A DNA stretch of 32,000 nucleotides. Source: Desulfobulbus propionicus DSM 2032 (GTDB lineage: Bacteria > Desulfobacterota > Desulfobulbia > Desulfobulbales > Desulfobulbaceae). The stretch covers positions 180,001-212,000 of the forward strand of contig NC_014972.1 of assembly GCF_000186885.1 (NCBI RefSeq), read 5' to 3'. This document shows, piece after piece, positions 8,145 through 17,396 of this stretch. Every line of letters begins with the position of its first letter. The first letter of the stretch is position 1. Made by a program: the position numbers and the translations under genes. The notes beneath the pieces were generated by a model. It worked only from the letters and a program-made list of their open reading frames with translations, did not search any database and was not told the origin of the DNA.

Positions 8145-8477
8145 TTACATCCGCATCAGGTTCCAGGGGAATGTCCGGCCCGTGCCGGCCGTCTGGGTGA
8201 TTGTGGCGGCAATCTGATCGCCGGAGGCCAGGGGAAGGGGCACCGAATGCCAGTTCTTGTCAACCTGTGCCCCGGAAATTGTCTCAACCTTGGCGTCCTT
8301 CAGGTCATCGGTTGGGCGGCAGGTGGTCTTGAGACGAATCTCCAGGGTGTCGCCCGCCTGGAGCTCCGAGGTGTCAACCTCAAGGATGTAAATGCCGATC
8401 CCGGTCAACTGCGCCAGGGAATGTTCGGTGTTGACGGTGGCGGCCTGGGCGCCGGATGCAACGGATACAACAGCCAT
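8145..8477 (-). CDS. Hypothetical tail-module protein
   Basis: 110 aa, TAGGAGA RBS. Beta-rich composition. Confidence 0.45.
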   Translation of the reverse strand: MAVVSVASGAQAATVNTEHSLAQLTGIGIYILEVDTSELQAGDTLEIRLKTTCRPTDDLKDAKVETISGAQVDKNWHSVPLPLASGDQIAATITQTAGTGRTFPWNLMRM

Positions 8478-8486
8478 GTTTTTCTC

Positions 8487-9242
8487 CTAACTGATTTTGA
8501 ACAATAAATTTGATGAGTTGTAGGCAAACAGATAGGTACTGCCGTTGATCGTGATCTGCTCGCCGGCCGCGTAGACGTTGCCCCGCCCCTGGGTATACAC
8601 CCCGGGGAGCATGCCAATCGGGATGAAATAGGCGGTGTTGGCGTCATAGACCCCGGCAAGGATGGGACAAGGAACAACGACGGCGTTGAAATAATTCGGC
8701 CACACCGTCCCCCATTCCTGACCCCATGAGGTCCACAGTCTTCCCGCTTCCGCCGCCGACCCGGCCGTTGACCACGCCCCGTCCTTGAGCAACGCCGACC
8801 GGTAGTATGGCTGGCTGCCGAACAGGCCATAAATCCTGGTTGCGCTTGAGGTATAACTCAGGGCCAGGCACGCGCCGCCACTCCATGTCCCGCATTTTTC
8901 GGTGACGGTGAACACCCCGCCCCAATGCACCGTTACCGATACCGAATAGAGATACTCACGGGAGAAATAGAGATTGTTCCCCACCGAATAAAAGCCGTAC
9001 TTGTAGCCGACCGAGAAGTTTTGATCCAACAGCACCGGACTGGTTGACCCGCCAACCGTGATCGAGCGGTTGATGGATGTGGCGTTGGAATATTCCGAGG
9101 TGAACTCGATCCCGGCCTTTGCCATAACCACTTTTGTTGTGGTGTTGACGGAAACAACCCAACCGTTATCTGCCCCAAAAGCGGCCAGGGCTGCCAGGTA
9201 GTTGGCAACCGTGTCGAATGTGCCTTCGTAATATGCGGCCAT
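8487..9242 (-). CDS. Tail-module protein, paralog 2 of a tandem pair
   Basis: 251 aa from MAAYYEG (TGATG-coupled). The N-terminus (VANYLAALAAFGADNGWVV) parallels ANYKDLLAILTTFAAANGWTV of the upstream ORF. W/Y/G-rich. Confidence 0.5.
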   Translation of the reverse strand: MAAYYEGTFDTVANYLAALAAFGADNGWVVSVNTTTKVVMAKAGIEFTSEYSNATSINRSITVGGSTSPVLLDQNFSVGYKYGFYSVGNNLYFSREYLYSVSVTVHWGGVFTVTEKCGTWSGGACLALSYTSSATRIYGLFGSQPYYRSALLKDGAWSTAGSAAEAGRLWTSWGQEWGTVWPNYFNAVVVPCPILAGVYDANTAYFIPIGMLPGVYTQGRGNVYAAGEQITINGSTYLFAYNSSNLLFKIS

Positions 9243-10129
9243 CAGCTCATCCTCATCGCGCAATAATCACCGTATCCAACCCGATGCACATCCTGGAAAC
9301 AGATGTAGTTGACCCCGGCCACGGTGATGATGTTCTCCGAGGCGTTCTTGTGCCCGGTCACCCTGAACACGCCGTCGACGCTGCCATAGATGGCCGAACG
9401 GCGTAAATCCTTGATGAATATCGGCTCCAACAGGTATTCGTCGCCTGGCGCGGTCAACAGGTTGGCGCGCACCCCTTGATAGGGGCCGTAGATGGTCAAA
9501 TCCGGGCGAGTAATGACGGGGAAGTCAGGTTCAAAATAGGTGGCGTTGATACCGCCGTTCCCATAATTTGCCCGCCCCCATGTCCCGCCGGGCAGATAGA
9601 GGCGCCCGGGGGCCGGACTTGAGCCCGCCCACCATGCGCCTTGCGATGTCGAGGAATACGGGTTGGTCAAGGTGGAGTCGGTGCCGCCGATAAACAAGGG
9701 GTACGGGTATTGCTCGGGGGTTCCGGCAGGGTCGATGAACCCGAGATGCACCGAGGTGTAGACCGATGACACCTTGGCAAAAAGAATGATGCGTTTGGCT
9801 GAGGCGATCATCCAGTAGGGGATTTGCTGATTCCAAAAGGTGCAGAGGGTGGACCAGGTGTCCTTGTTGTTGAGGGGCTGCGCGTCAATGGGGAAGGTCG
9901 ATTTCCACAGGACCGAGCCAAACAGCTCCCAGTTGTAGTAGCCGACGGTTGAATCCTCATAGGCCTTGACGCCCACATAGATTTTATCAAGCCCGGAGGG
10001 GCCGGAGCCCCGCAGGTATACCTCGGTCGCGCTCTGGGTGAGCACGGTCCAACCGTTGGCCGCGGCAAAGGTGGTCAGGATGGCGAGCAGGTCCTTGTAG
10101 TTGGCGGCGGTGCCGTTGGTGTAGGCCAT
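9242..10129 (-). CDS. Tail-module protein, paralog 1 of a tandem pair
   Basis: 295 aa. Starts directly after the tape-measure stop (TAA ATG). Shares N-terminal and GAWW/GRLY motifs with ORF 8487..9242. Confidence 0.5.
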   Translation of the reverse strand: MAYTNGTAANYKDLLAILTTFAAANGWTVLTQSATEVYLRGSGPSGLDKIYVGVKAYEDSTVGYYNWELFGSVLWKSTFPIDAQPLNNKDTWSTLCTFWNQQIPYWMIASAKRIILFAKVSSVYTSVHLGFIDPAGTPEQYPYPLFIGGTDSTLTNPYSSTSQGAWWAGSSPAPGRLYLPGGTWGRANYGNGGINATYFEPDFPVITRPDLTIYGPYQGVRANLLTAPGDEYLLEPIFIKDLRRSAIYGSVDGVFRVTGHKNASENIITVAGVNYICFQDVHRVGYGDYCAMRMS

Positions 10130-12748
10130 TTATCCTCCGATCAAGGTGCGGATGGTGGTGCCGTTGCGGCGGATCATGTTGAGGATGGCGGTCTCGCCGT
10201 CGGCGGTGCGCAGGAAATCGCCCACCATGTTGCGGTCGAGCACATTGATCACCCGCAGCCGGGTATCGCCGGACTTGACCGTGGTGGCGGGTGCGGCCGC
10301 GGCTTGCCCGCCGGCGGCCAGCCGGTTGCCGCTGGGGATCCTCGGCAGGGTGGCCCCGGCAAGCGCCCGGGCCAGGTTACGGGGGAACAGTTTGCGCCGG
10401 ACCATCTCCATGAACGGCAGGCCGTAGTAGTCGACCGCGTCCACGGGATGGACGAACTCCCGGGCCGTGAGCCAGGCCGGGATATTGTCGGCGGTCCTGG
10501 AGGGGCTCCAGCCCTGGACCGCGCCACCGCCGGCCAGGGCCTGGACCCAGCCGCCCCGGGCGAACGCCTGCACGGCCTGGCCGCCGGCGGAGAAGCCAAA
10601 ACCCACGGCCCGCAGGGCGTTGAGGATCATGTGTTTCATGATGATCTGCGTGAGCCACGAAATGGTTGACCGGGCGAAATCGATCATGGCCTCCTTGGCG
10701 CTGGCAGTACCCGTGATAAACGAATCCCAGGCCGAGGTCAGCCCGCCGGCGATCTGCTCGCCAATGTTCTCGCCGATGTAGATCATGACCTCGGCATCGG
10801 TCTGCATCTTCTCCCTGGCCTTTTGAAATCCCAGAGAAAGCGCGGCCCCCATGTCGTCGCCGGCGGCAATCAGCTTCTCCCGCATCTCGTCGGCGGTGAT
10901 CACGCCGGCGGCACCGGCGGCACGCACAGCCGCCCTGTACTGCTCAACCGAAGCCTGGCCGCGCCTCCACGCCTGTTCAACCTCGGCCATCCGTTCAGTG
11001 GCCACCTGGGCCAGGTCCTCATGTTCCTGCTTGACCGCGTCGACCTGCATGGCGGCCAGTTCCGACTGAGCGCGGATGATATCGGCCTGGCTGGTGTTGG
11101 AATCGGGCCGTGCGGCATCGACCTTCATGGCCTCGATTTCCTGACGCTTGAGGCTGAGGCGTTCCGCCATGATCTTTTTATCAATCGCCAGTTCCGCCTC
11201 TGCCCGGGCCAGCTTGGTGCCGAGCTTCTCCGCCTCCAGTTTTTCCAGCTCCAGGGCGAGGATCTTCTCCTGGGAGGCGGCCCGCATTTTCTCGGACGCG
11301 ATCTTTCTTTGCTCCTCGTACTCCTTCTTGGCCTCGGTGGCGGCCTTCTTGGCGGCGGCTGCCGCTTCACGCTTGGCTTTCCCCTCCTCCTTGGAGGACT
11401 TTGTGGCAGCCTGCGAGGCAGCGGTCTGGACTCGGAACTGGGCCAGGGCCTCGACATTGGCTGCCTTCCTGGCTTTCTCCTTTTCCTCGAAAGCTACCCG
11501 TTCGAGCATCGCCTGGGTGCGCTGATCCGCCGCCGCCTTGGCCGTGGCATCACGTTGCGCAAGGATGGAGTCAACCGAGGCGTCACGGGCCTGGTTGGCA
11601 ATCTTCAGTTCCCTGTCCAGATCGCTGGCAATCTGCCCGACATCGTAGGTGTCTCCCTGGGTGAACATCGCCGCGATGGTGAGCTTGAACGCCCTGGCCC
11701 GCGCCATCACCTTGTCGAACTCAGCAGCAACGTAGACGGTCACCAGGCCGATGAAGGCACGGACATTCTCCGGGAACCGTTCAAAGGCGTGAATCAACTC
11801 ATCCACAACCTCCTGGCCTTGTTGGCCCAGATCCCCGGTAAAATCGCTCCACCAGCCACCAACAATATCGATGGTCTTTTTGATATCGTCCCCCCAGCCG
11901 GCAAACTGGGTGACAATGGCCCGGAGATAGCCTTCCAGCTGCCCCGAGGCGATCATGGCATTCAGCTCTTCCAGGGCATTGATACCAACTTGCACCCCAT
12001 CGGCGATCATGTTGCCGATTCCTGCCCGGGAGATGTTGAGGAAAACCTTGTTCCACTCATCAGCAAAATTCGACAGCTTGCCGTCGAGTTTTGCCATCCG
12101 GTTGGCCATGGCATCGCCGAAGTTGGTCTCGCCCAGCTTGATCAGATACTCCTCGATCTCCTTGGCGTTCTTGCCCACCGTGGTGGTGACTCCGCGAAAG
12201 GTGAAGCTGACCTTGTCGCCCTCGGAGCTGGCCTTGATGCCGAACTCCTTCAAGCGCTCGAACTCACCGGTGGCGGCATCGGCCACCGCCTCGATCATCT
12301 GGTTGAGATCCTTGCCCATCGATGCCGAAGTGTTGCCATAACTGGTCAAGGCCCGCTCCGATGGATCGAGCCCCATGTTCACCAGCTTGACAAATGCCTC
12401 AGACACCTGCGCCAAGTCGTATGGAGTCTTGGCGGCAAAGTCCTGGATGGCGGCAAAGGCAACCTCCGACTTCTCGGCGCTGCCGGTGGCTGTGATCAGG
12501 CCGGAGCTGATCTTGTCGAACTCGCGGGAGACAGTGACCAGCTTCTGCAGGCCAGCGGCGGCGGAGACCGTGGCGCCCAGGGCACGGAGCAGACCGCTCA
12601 CCGAGGACGTCAGGCCGTTGATGCCGGCATCGGCGCCCTTTGCTCCTGAGACAAAGGATTTGATCGCTCCCAGGGCACGATTGAACCCAGCCGTCAGCCC
12701 ACGGTCGACCGCGCTGAGGACGATCTCTATTCTAGACTGGTTCGCCAT
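10130..12748 (-). CDS. Tail tape measure protein
   Basis: 872 aa. Long Ala/Glu/Lys coiled-coil core (AAAAAKKAATEAKKEYEEQRKIASEKMRAASQEKILALELEKLEAEKLG), Gly-rich C-terminal part. Position after the tube and chaperone. Confidence 0.9.
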   Translation of the reverse strand: MANQSRIEIVLSAVDRGLTAGFNRALGAIKSFVSGAKGADAGINGLTSSVSGLLRALGATVSAAAGLQKLVTVSREFDKISSGLITATGSAEKSEVAFAAIQDFAAKTPYDLAQVSEAFVKLVNMGLDPSERALTSYGNTSASMGKDLNQMIEAVADAATGEFERLKEFGIKASSEGDKVSFTFRGVTTTVGKNAKEIEEYLIKLGETNFGDAMANRMAKLDGKLSNFADEWNKVFLNISRAGIGNMIADGVQVGINALEELNAMIASGQLEGYLRAIVTQFAGWGDDIKKTIDIVGGWWSDFTGDLGQQGQEVVDELIHAFERFPENVRAFIGLVTVYVAAEFDKVMARARAFKLTIAAMFTQGDTYDVGQIASDLDRELKIANQARDASVDSILAQRDATAKAAADQRTQAMLERVAFEEKEKARKAANVEALAQFRVQTAASQAATKSSKEEGKAKREAAAAAKKAATEAKKEYEEQRKIASEKMRAASQEKILALELEKLEAEKLGTKLARAEAELAIDKKIMAERLSLKRQEIEAMKVDAARPDSNTSQADIIRAQSELAAMQVDAVKQEHEDLAQVATERMAEVEQAWRRGQASVEQYRAAVRAAGAAGVITADEMREKLIAAGDDMGAALSLGFQKAREKMQTDAEVMIYIGENIGEQIAGGLTSAWDSFITGTASAKEAMIDFARSTISWLTQIIMKHMILNALRAVGFGFSAGGQAVQAFARGGWVQALAGGGAVQGWSPSRTADNIPAWLTAREFVHPVDAVDYYGLPFMEMVRRKLFPRNLARALAGATLPRIPSGNRLAAGGQAAAAPATTVKSGDTRLRVINVLDRNMVGDFLRTADGETAILNMIRRNGTTIRTLIGG

Positions 12749-12777
12749 CTACTTGCCTGTCAGTGCCGCCAATGCTC

Positions 12778-13203
12778 TCAGGAAGAAGCCGTAGCCGTAG
12801 TCCCAGACAAGGGGACCGTGGCCGGCGGTAATGAGGAGGCAAATTGCTCGGTCGAAATCTGCCCTATCCTGGACATTGCCTCGCGGAGTTCTCCCTCCAG
12901 AACCGGCTTCAGGCCGTCGATCAGGATATCGATCAGGCCGATCCGCCGGACCACTCCCAAAAAAGCGGCGTTGACCTCCTCAAAGCCTTGCCACAACTCC
13001 TCAATCTCCGAGGGATAGAGGTCGAGCAGGGCCTCGGCGGACAATTCCGGGCATGCCATGGCCAGCAGCCCCTGGCACCGGTTGAGTGCAGTTGCGGATA
13101 TCTGCGCATCCTCGCCGTTGATCAGCTCCCAGATGGCTCGGGTCGGCAATTCCTTCAGAGTGAACGACCGCTGGCCGATCTGGATGGTTTTCGTTTTTTG
13201 CAT
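12778..13203 (-). CDS. Tail assembly chaperone (gpG-like)
   Basis: 141 aa from the ATG at 13203 (AGAGGA RBS; the track start at 13209 is TTG). Acidic. Lies between the tube and tape-measure genes. Confidence 0.5.
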   Translation of the reverse strand: MQKTKTIQIGQRSFTLKELPTRAIWELINGEDAQISATALNRCQGLLAMACPELSAEALLDLYPSEIEELWQGFEEVNAAFLGVVRRIGLIDILIDGLKPVLEGELREAMSRIGQISTEQFASSLPPATVPLSGTTATASS

Positions 13204-13238
13204 GTTCAATCCTCTATAAAGACCGATTCAACGGCTGA

Positions 13239-13973
13239 TTATTCGACCTGGAACGGCCAGCTCTTGCCGGTGGGCGTGATCAGCGTGCCGGTGAACGTCA
13301 CCTCCGGAAAGTCCTCGCCCATGAAGTCGAAATCGGTCTCGCTCCGGAGCTGGGCCTGCCAGACGGTCACCAGGACGTTGCCGCCCGTGGCCAGGTTCTT
13401 GCCATCCAGGCGCAGAGCGACATTGACCACCGACTGGGTACCGGCGGTGATCTTCGCTCCCGTCTTCGCCAGGGTATCGCCGCTGACATGCAGGGTGTCG
13501 CCGTCCAGGTCCGTGGTCAGCGCCTTGATCATGCCGGTCCGCTTGTTGACCTCATAATCGGTGCCCGCGACATAGGTGGTGGTATCGGTGGCATCCTTGA
13601 CCACGCAGGTGTCCAGCCCCGTGTATCCAGTCTCCACCCACCGATCCTTGATTGCCGTGATGCTTGCGGTATATGGCCCGGCAGCGGCTGTCATATCGAC
13701 CGCGCTCCCCATGAATGCGGCCGCCAGAATCTGCGGATCGTAGCGGTTGAAGGTCATGCTCAGCGAACTGCCGGTGATTCGCGTGAACGACTCGGCCGTC
13801 TGGCCGAAGGTGTCGCGGCCGTTGAGCTTGTTTTCCTTGGTTTCGGTCTCGACCTTGGGCGCGAACTTTTTACAGTTTCCAGCGAGCTGAAAACCGGTCG
13901 AGTTCCCGTTACTGTCGAGAAAATCCATGTAGAGGTCGCCGGCGGCGATCAATCCCACAGGTGCGTTGTTCAT
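13239..13973 (-). CDS. Major tail (tube) protein
   Basis: 244 aa, GGGAGAG RBS. Beta-rich. Canonical position upstream of the chaperone and tape measure. Confidence 0.6.
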   Translation of the reverse strand: MNNAPVGLIAAGDLYMDFLDSNGNSTGFQLAGNCKKFAPKVETETKENKLNGRDTFGQTAESFTRITGSSLSMTFNRYDPQILAAAFMGSAVDMTAAAGPYTASITAIKDRWVETGYTGLDTCVVKDATDTTTYVAGTDYEVNKRTGMIKALTTDLDGDTLHVSGDTLAKTGAKITAGTQSVVNVALRLDGKNLATGGNVLVTVWQAQLRSETDFDFMGEDFPEVTFTGTLITPTGKSWPFQVE

Positions 13974-14001
13974 TGTGTCTCTCCCGGCCGGATGGCCTTG
14001 G

Positions 14002-14424
14002 TCAGGTTAAAGAAAACAGTTCGGGCATGACTCGCACCGACACCTGCAACAGGTAGACAGCCTGCCCAGAATCACCGAACCCACTCAAACCTGGCGAGTC
14101 GAACACGATCATGGGTTGGCTGCCGCGCCCAGGAAGCTGGAGCCCGTGCAGGGTCGAAAATACTTGGTCAACCAGGTTGTATAAGGGACTATCGATGCTG
14201 TTGCCGTCAGCGTCCCGTTCGAGATGGGTTTCTATCTGCACGGCAACCCGCAGGTCGATGCGGGCTTGTGGCGAATTGTCCAGGTTTTCCTTGGGGCATC
14301 CTGGTGCCCATACTTTGGCCAGTGGGTAGACAGGTTTGTCGGCCACCAACCCGCACACCGATCCAAACACCCCGAGGCTGGAGAGCCTGCCCTTGATCGC
14401 GTCTGATATCTCGGCGCGCATCAT
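14002..14424 (-). CDS. Tail terminator / tail completion protein
   Basis: 140 aa, ATGA-coupled. Position between the head-tail connectors and the tube gene. Confidence 0.4.
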   Translation of the reverse strand: MMRAEISDAIKGRLSSLGVFGSVCGLVADKPVYPLAKVWAPGCPKENLDNSPQARIDLRVAVQIETHLERDADGNSIDSPLYNLVDQVFSTLHGLQLPGRGSQPMIVFDSPGLSGFGDSGQAVYLLQVSVRVMPELFSLT

Positions 14425-14720
14425 GGCTGTTCCTCCAGCCGCAACACCACCCCGCCCTGGCCATCGGGATCGATGGCCAGGAGGGTGAAGTCGGTTCCGT
14501 TGATGGTCAGGGTGTCGCCCTGGTCGCCGGCGGCCAAGGCCTCGGTATCAGCCACCGCGGCAATGGCGAACGGTCCGGAGTGGTCGATGGTTTCTCCGTT
14601 GAACTCGGTTGAACCATCCAGAAAAGGATCCACCACGATGGTCTTCGGGCCGCCGTTGATCAGTGCCTCCACGCCGAAATCCTCCAGGAGAAAGCCCAGG
14701 GTCTCGTTGGTATCGATCAT
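14421..14720 (-). CDS. Head-tail adaptor / joining protein
   Basis: 99 aa, acidic. Called by position only. Confidence 0.4.
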   Translation of the reverse strand: MIDTNETLGFLLEDFGVEALINGGPKTIVVDPFLDGSTEFNGETIDHSGPFAIAAVADTEALAAGDQGDTLTINGTDFTLLAIDPDGQGGVVLRLEEQP

Positions 14721-14723
14721 GGC

Positions 14724-15110
14724 TTACAGGTATTCCAAGGCGACGACGAACTTGCCGGCGGTCAGAGCCGCCGTGGCAATGGTGGCCACCACCTGCCGGC
14801 CGTTTTGCGTGGTCCGGATCGCATTGGCCGCTGTGCCGTCCGGTTCCACATCCAGCAGGGCATTGGTGACCATGCCGGCCATGGCGGTTGCCGCCATGAC
14901 ATCGGCGGCACTTTCCACTTTCAGGGAAACCGTGGCCGAGGCACCGCCTGTGCAGGTTGTCTTGACATGCACCATGCCGCCGGTGACCACCGCCCCCTCG
15001 GGGAGACTGTCACCGCGCAGGGGAATATCGCCGATAGCGCCGCCATCGACGGAAAAGTCATATTCAAAATAGGCCACCCGCTTGGTGGGCTCGAGTCCTC
15101 TTCGCTCCAT
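14724..15110 (-). CDS. Head-associated structural protein (possible decoration protein)
   Basis: 128 aa, GGAGAA RBS. Immediately after the capsid gene. The YFEYDFSVDGGAIGDIPL motif resembles a conserved phage family that I cannot name. Confidence 0.35.
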   Translation of the reverse strand: MERRGLEPTKRVAYFEYDFSVDGGAIGDIPLRGDSLPEGAVVTGGMVHVKTTCTGGASATVSLKVESAADVMAATAMAGMVTNALLDVEPDGTAANAIRTTQNGRQVVATIATAALTAGKFVVALEYL

Positions 15111-15171
15111 GGCTGTTCTCCATGCCGGAGCTGGCGGTCCAGCTCCGGTCGGTTATGTTTGAGGGATATTT

Positions 15172-16722
15172 TTACTGACCAGCGTTCTTGACCAGTGCCT
15201 TCCAGTCCACGGCCTTGCCGCAGACATCGATACGGACCTTGTACTCCACGCCATCGGTGGTCCAGCCGGTCTTGGACTCCAACCAGGGCGTGCGATTGCC
15301 GTTGAGGAAGAAGAGGCGCACGGTCTTGCGCTTGGGACCGGCAAAGTAGTAAGCGGTCGGGCTTGCCTCATCGAGCCGGGCATCATAGGCCCGCTGGAAG
15401 CGGGTACCGCCGTAGATGTTGGTCCGGGTGCTGCCCTTGTCGTCCGCGGAGAACTGGTTGGAGGCAAAGAAAATCTCGGCGGAGCCCTCGATGGACTTGG
15501 GGGCGATGAAATACTGCAGGGAGATGTTTAGCGCCTGCTTGGCCTTGAGTCCCTTCTGGAGTCCGGCCAGCTTGATGGCCTCGGCAATGGTGGCCTCGCC
15601 AAGCGCCCCCGGCGTACCCAGGTTCTTGTGGTCGGCGTGAAACAGAGCCTTGCCATCCCGCATGGCCGCGTTGGCGGTCAAAACGCCATAGGCGACATCG
15701 CCGATCTTGCGGCTGGCCGCCTCGCCCATGGACATGTACATATCGGCCATGGCCATGAGGTCATCGTTGATGACCGTGGTACGGGTGATCGCCGCCATCT
15801 TGCCAAAGGTGGCAATCTGGTAGACCTCCTTGGTATCGCTCCGATCACCGTACTTGTAGCCGGAATCGTTCTTGATCTCGTCGAGATCATCGAACTCCGA
15901 CACCATGGCCAAGGTGTTCTGCTTGAAGTCCGGCACCGATCCGGATCCGTCCGCCCAAATCTCCCAGGTCTCGTCCGCCGAGGCATAGCCCTCGAACAGG
16001 GCCTTGTTGGCCACGTTGCTCATCAACACCGACAGGTCGCTTACGGTCATGGCGCGGCCGATCATCTCCATGGGATCGCCACCCGCCGACTGCCCGGCCT
16101 TGCGCAGGCACTCGCGGGCGAGTTCGCGCAGGGAGTAGCCGCGAAAGTCCCGGCCCACGTCATGGGCTCGATCCACCTTCCAGCCACAGCCTTCAAGGGT
16201 GGTCACCAGTCCGCGTTCACCGTCCAGGGGCAAGCCGCAGCGCAGGAACAGGCCGGTGCAGGCGGCGGCGCGGAACTTGTCGCGTTCATCCACCACAATT
16301 TGCGGTCCGGACGGGGCAAACCCCGGATGGTGCGCAACACTCCGTTGGGCCAGTGCGTCCAGGACCATTGAGCGGGCCTGATCAATGGTCACCTCCGGCT
16401 TGAGCATGGCCGTGCGCTGGTCGCCCTCGATGCCATGCCGGTTGCACAGTTCCATGATCTCCAGCGCCCGGGTGAAGCCGTCGTCGGACCGGTTGTTCTC
16501 CGGTGCCGGCGGTGGGGTGGGCTGGGGTGTGACGGGTTGCACCGCCGGAGGCGTTGCAGGGGCAGAGGGTATAGACCGCTGGCCATCGCCACCGATCTGC
16601 TCAGGGCCATCGAACACGACACCACGTGTCTGCATATCTTGGTAAAAATTCCACGCCTCATCCTCGGGGGCGTCGGCGCGGAGACCATTTGCCAACAAAA
16701 ATACTCGTAACTTGGGATTCAT
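15172..16722 (-). CDS. Major capsid protein with a long N-terminal (scaffold/delta-like) extension
   Basis: 516 aa, GGGAGGAAAG RBS. The C-terminal about 300 aa (FGKMAAITRTTVINDDL...ALFHADHKNLG...YFIAPKS...) resemble HK97-fold / Mu gpT-type capsids. Follows the protease. No separate scaffold gene. Confidence 0.75.
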   Translation of the reverse strand: MNPKLRVFLLANGLRADAPEDEAWNFYQDMQTRGVVFDGPEQIGGDGQRSIPSAPATPPAVQPVTPQPTPPPAPENNRSDDGFTRALEIMELCNRHGIEGDQRTAMLKPEVTIDQARSMVLDALAQRSVAHHPGFAPSGPQIVVDERDKFRAAACTGLFLRCGLPLDGERGLVTTLEGCGWKVDRAHDVGRDFRGYSLRELARECLRKAGQSAGGDPMEMIGRAMTVSDLSVLMSNVANKALFEGYASADETWEIWADGSGSVPDFKQNTLAMVSEFDDLDEIKNDSGYKYGDRSDTKEVYQIATFGKMAAITRTTVINDDLMAMADMYMSMGEAASRKIGDVAYGVLTANAAMRDGKALFHADHKNLGTPGALGEATIAEAIKLAGLQKGLKAKQALNISLQYFIAPKSIEGSAEIFFASNQFSADDKGSTRTNIYGGTRFQRAYDARLDEASPTAYYFAGPKRKTVRLFFLNGNRTPWLESKTGWTTDGVEYKVRIDVCGKAVDWKALVKNAGQ

Positions 16723-16742
16723 CTTTCCTCCCGGTTATGGGC

Positions 16743-17396
16743 TCACGCCCGACTATGCGGCAAACAACCGCTGTTGCGCGCCAAACGGCCAGCCGAACCA
16801 GATCCCCTGGTTGCCTTTGCCAGGCTGTCCGCGCCTATTGGCGTTAAAGTGAATTCCTTCAGCATCCAATCCGTGGACACCTTCAATGGACCGACAAAGG
16901 TCCGGCCGCGAATGACGACTTCAACCTCATCGGGCACCCAAATGGCATTGAGCACCCGGTATCCGGCTGACCCGTCCGTCAAGTGTTGGTCGACCACCTT
17001 TTGGCGGGTGCGCATGGCCTTGTCATCGGCGGCAAACCTGATCAACCCGTCAATGGCCTGATACTGCCCGACCAGGGTTTGCTTGAAATCGGTGACCGAA
17101 CCCAGCTGGTCGTCAACGCTCCAGCGGTTATGGCAATCAAGAAGCGGCACCTGCCGGTTTTCCGGGAACACAACGCCATCCATGAGCAGCACTTCACGGA
17201 CAACCCGATCCAGTTCCCAGTCGTAGACCAGGGCGGGTTGCTCGGTGGCCAGGATCCAGCGGATCGCATCCGGATCCACAGCCGCGCGGCAGGTGATGGC
17301 GCGCACGGTGATCCCATAGGCCACCGGCATGCTGCCCAGATATCCGGATCGTTCAAATGTGCTTTTCATCGGGACTGATCGCTGAGCCTGCATCAT
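16743..17396 (-). CDS. Prohead protease, HK97 (S78)-like
   Basis: 217 aa, ATGA-coupled to the portal. PLLDCHNRWSVDDQLGSV...DGSAGYRV resembles the H...S-G-Y pattern of HK97-family proteases. Position between portal and capsid. Confidence 0.6.
   Translation of the reverse strand: MMQAQRSVPMKSTFERSGYLGSMPVAYGITVRAITCRAAVDPDAIRWILATEQPALVYDWELDRVVREVLLMDGVVFPENRQVPLLDCHNRWSVDDQLGSVTDFKQTLVGQYQAIDGLIRFAADDKAMRTRQKVVDQHLTDGSAGYRVLNAIWVPDEVEVVIRGRTFVGPLKVSTDWMLKEFTLTPIGADSLAKATRGSGSAGRLARNSGCLPHSRA

Noticed and set aside
2927-12649. Very long plus-strand ORFs (2927..4180, 4289..5203, 4959..6536, 6311..7846, 7689..8507, 10823..12649 and similar) opposite the tail genes
   Set aside because: Their translations are Arg/Gly/Pro/His-rich low-complexity sequence typical of antisense shadow frames in GC-rich DNA. 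They overlap well-supported, tightly coupled minus-strand structural genes and lack RBSs.
12778-13209. Programmed -1 frameshift (gpG/gpGT-type) in the tail chaperone gene
   Set aside because: I found no overlapping -1 ORF reaching the tape-measure start and no convincing slippery heptamer in the 3' half. The only A-run (CAAAAAAC) is at codons 2-3. Not called, but not excluded.
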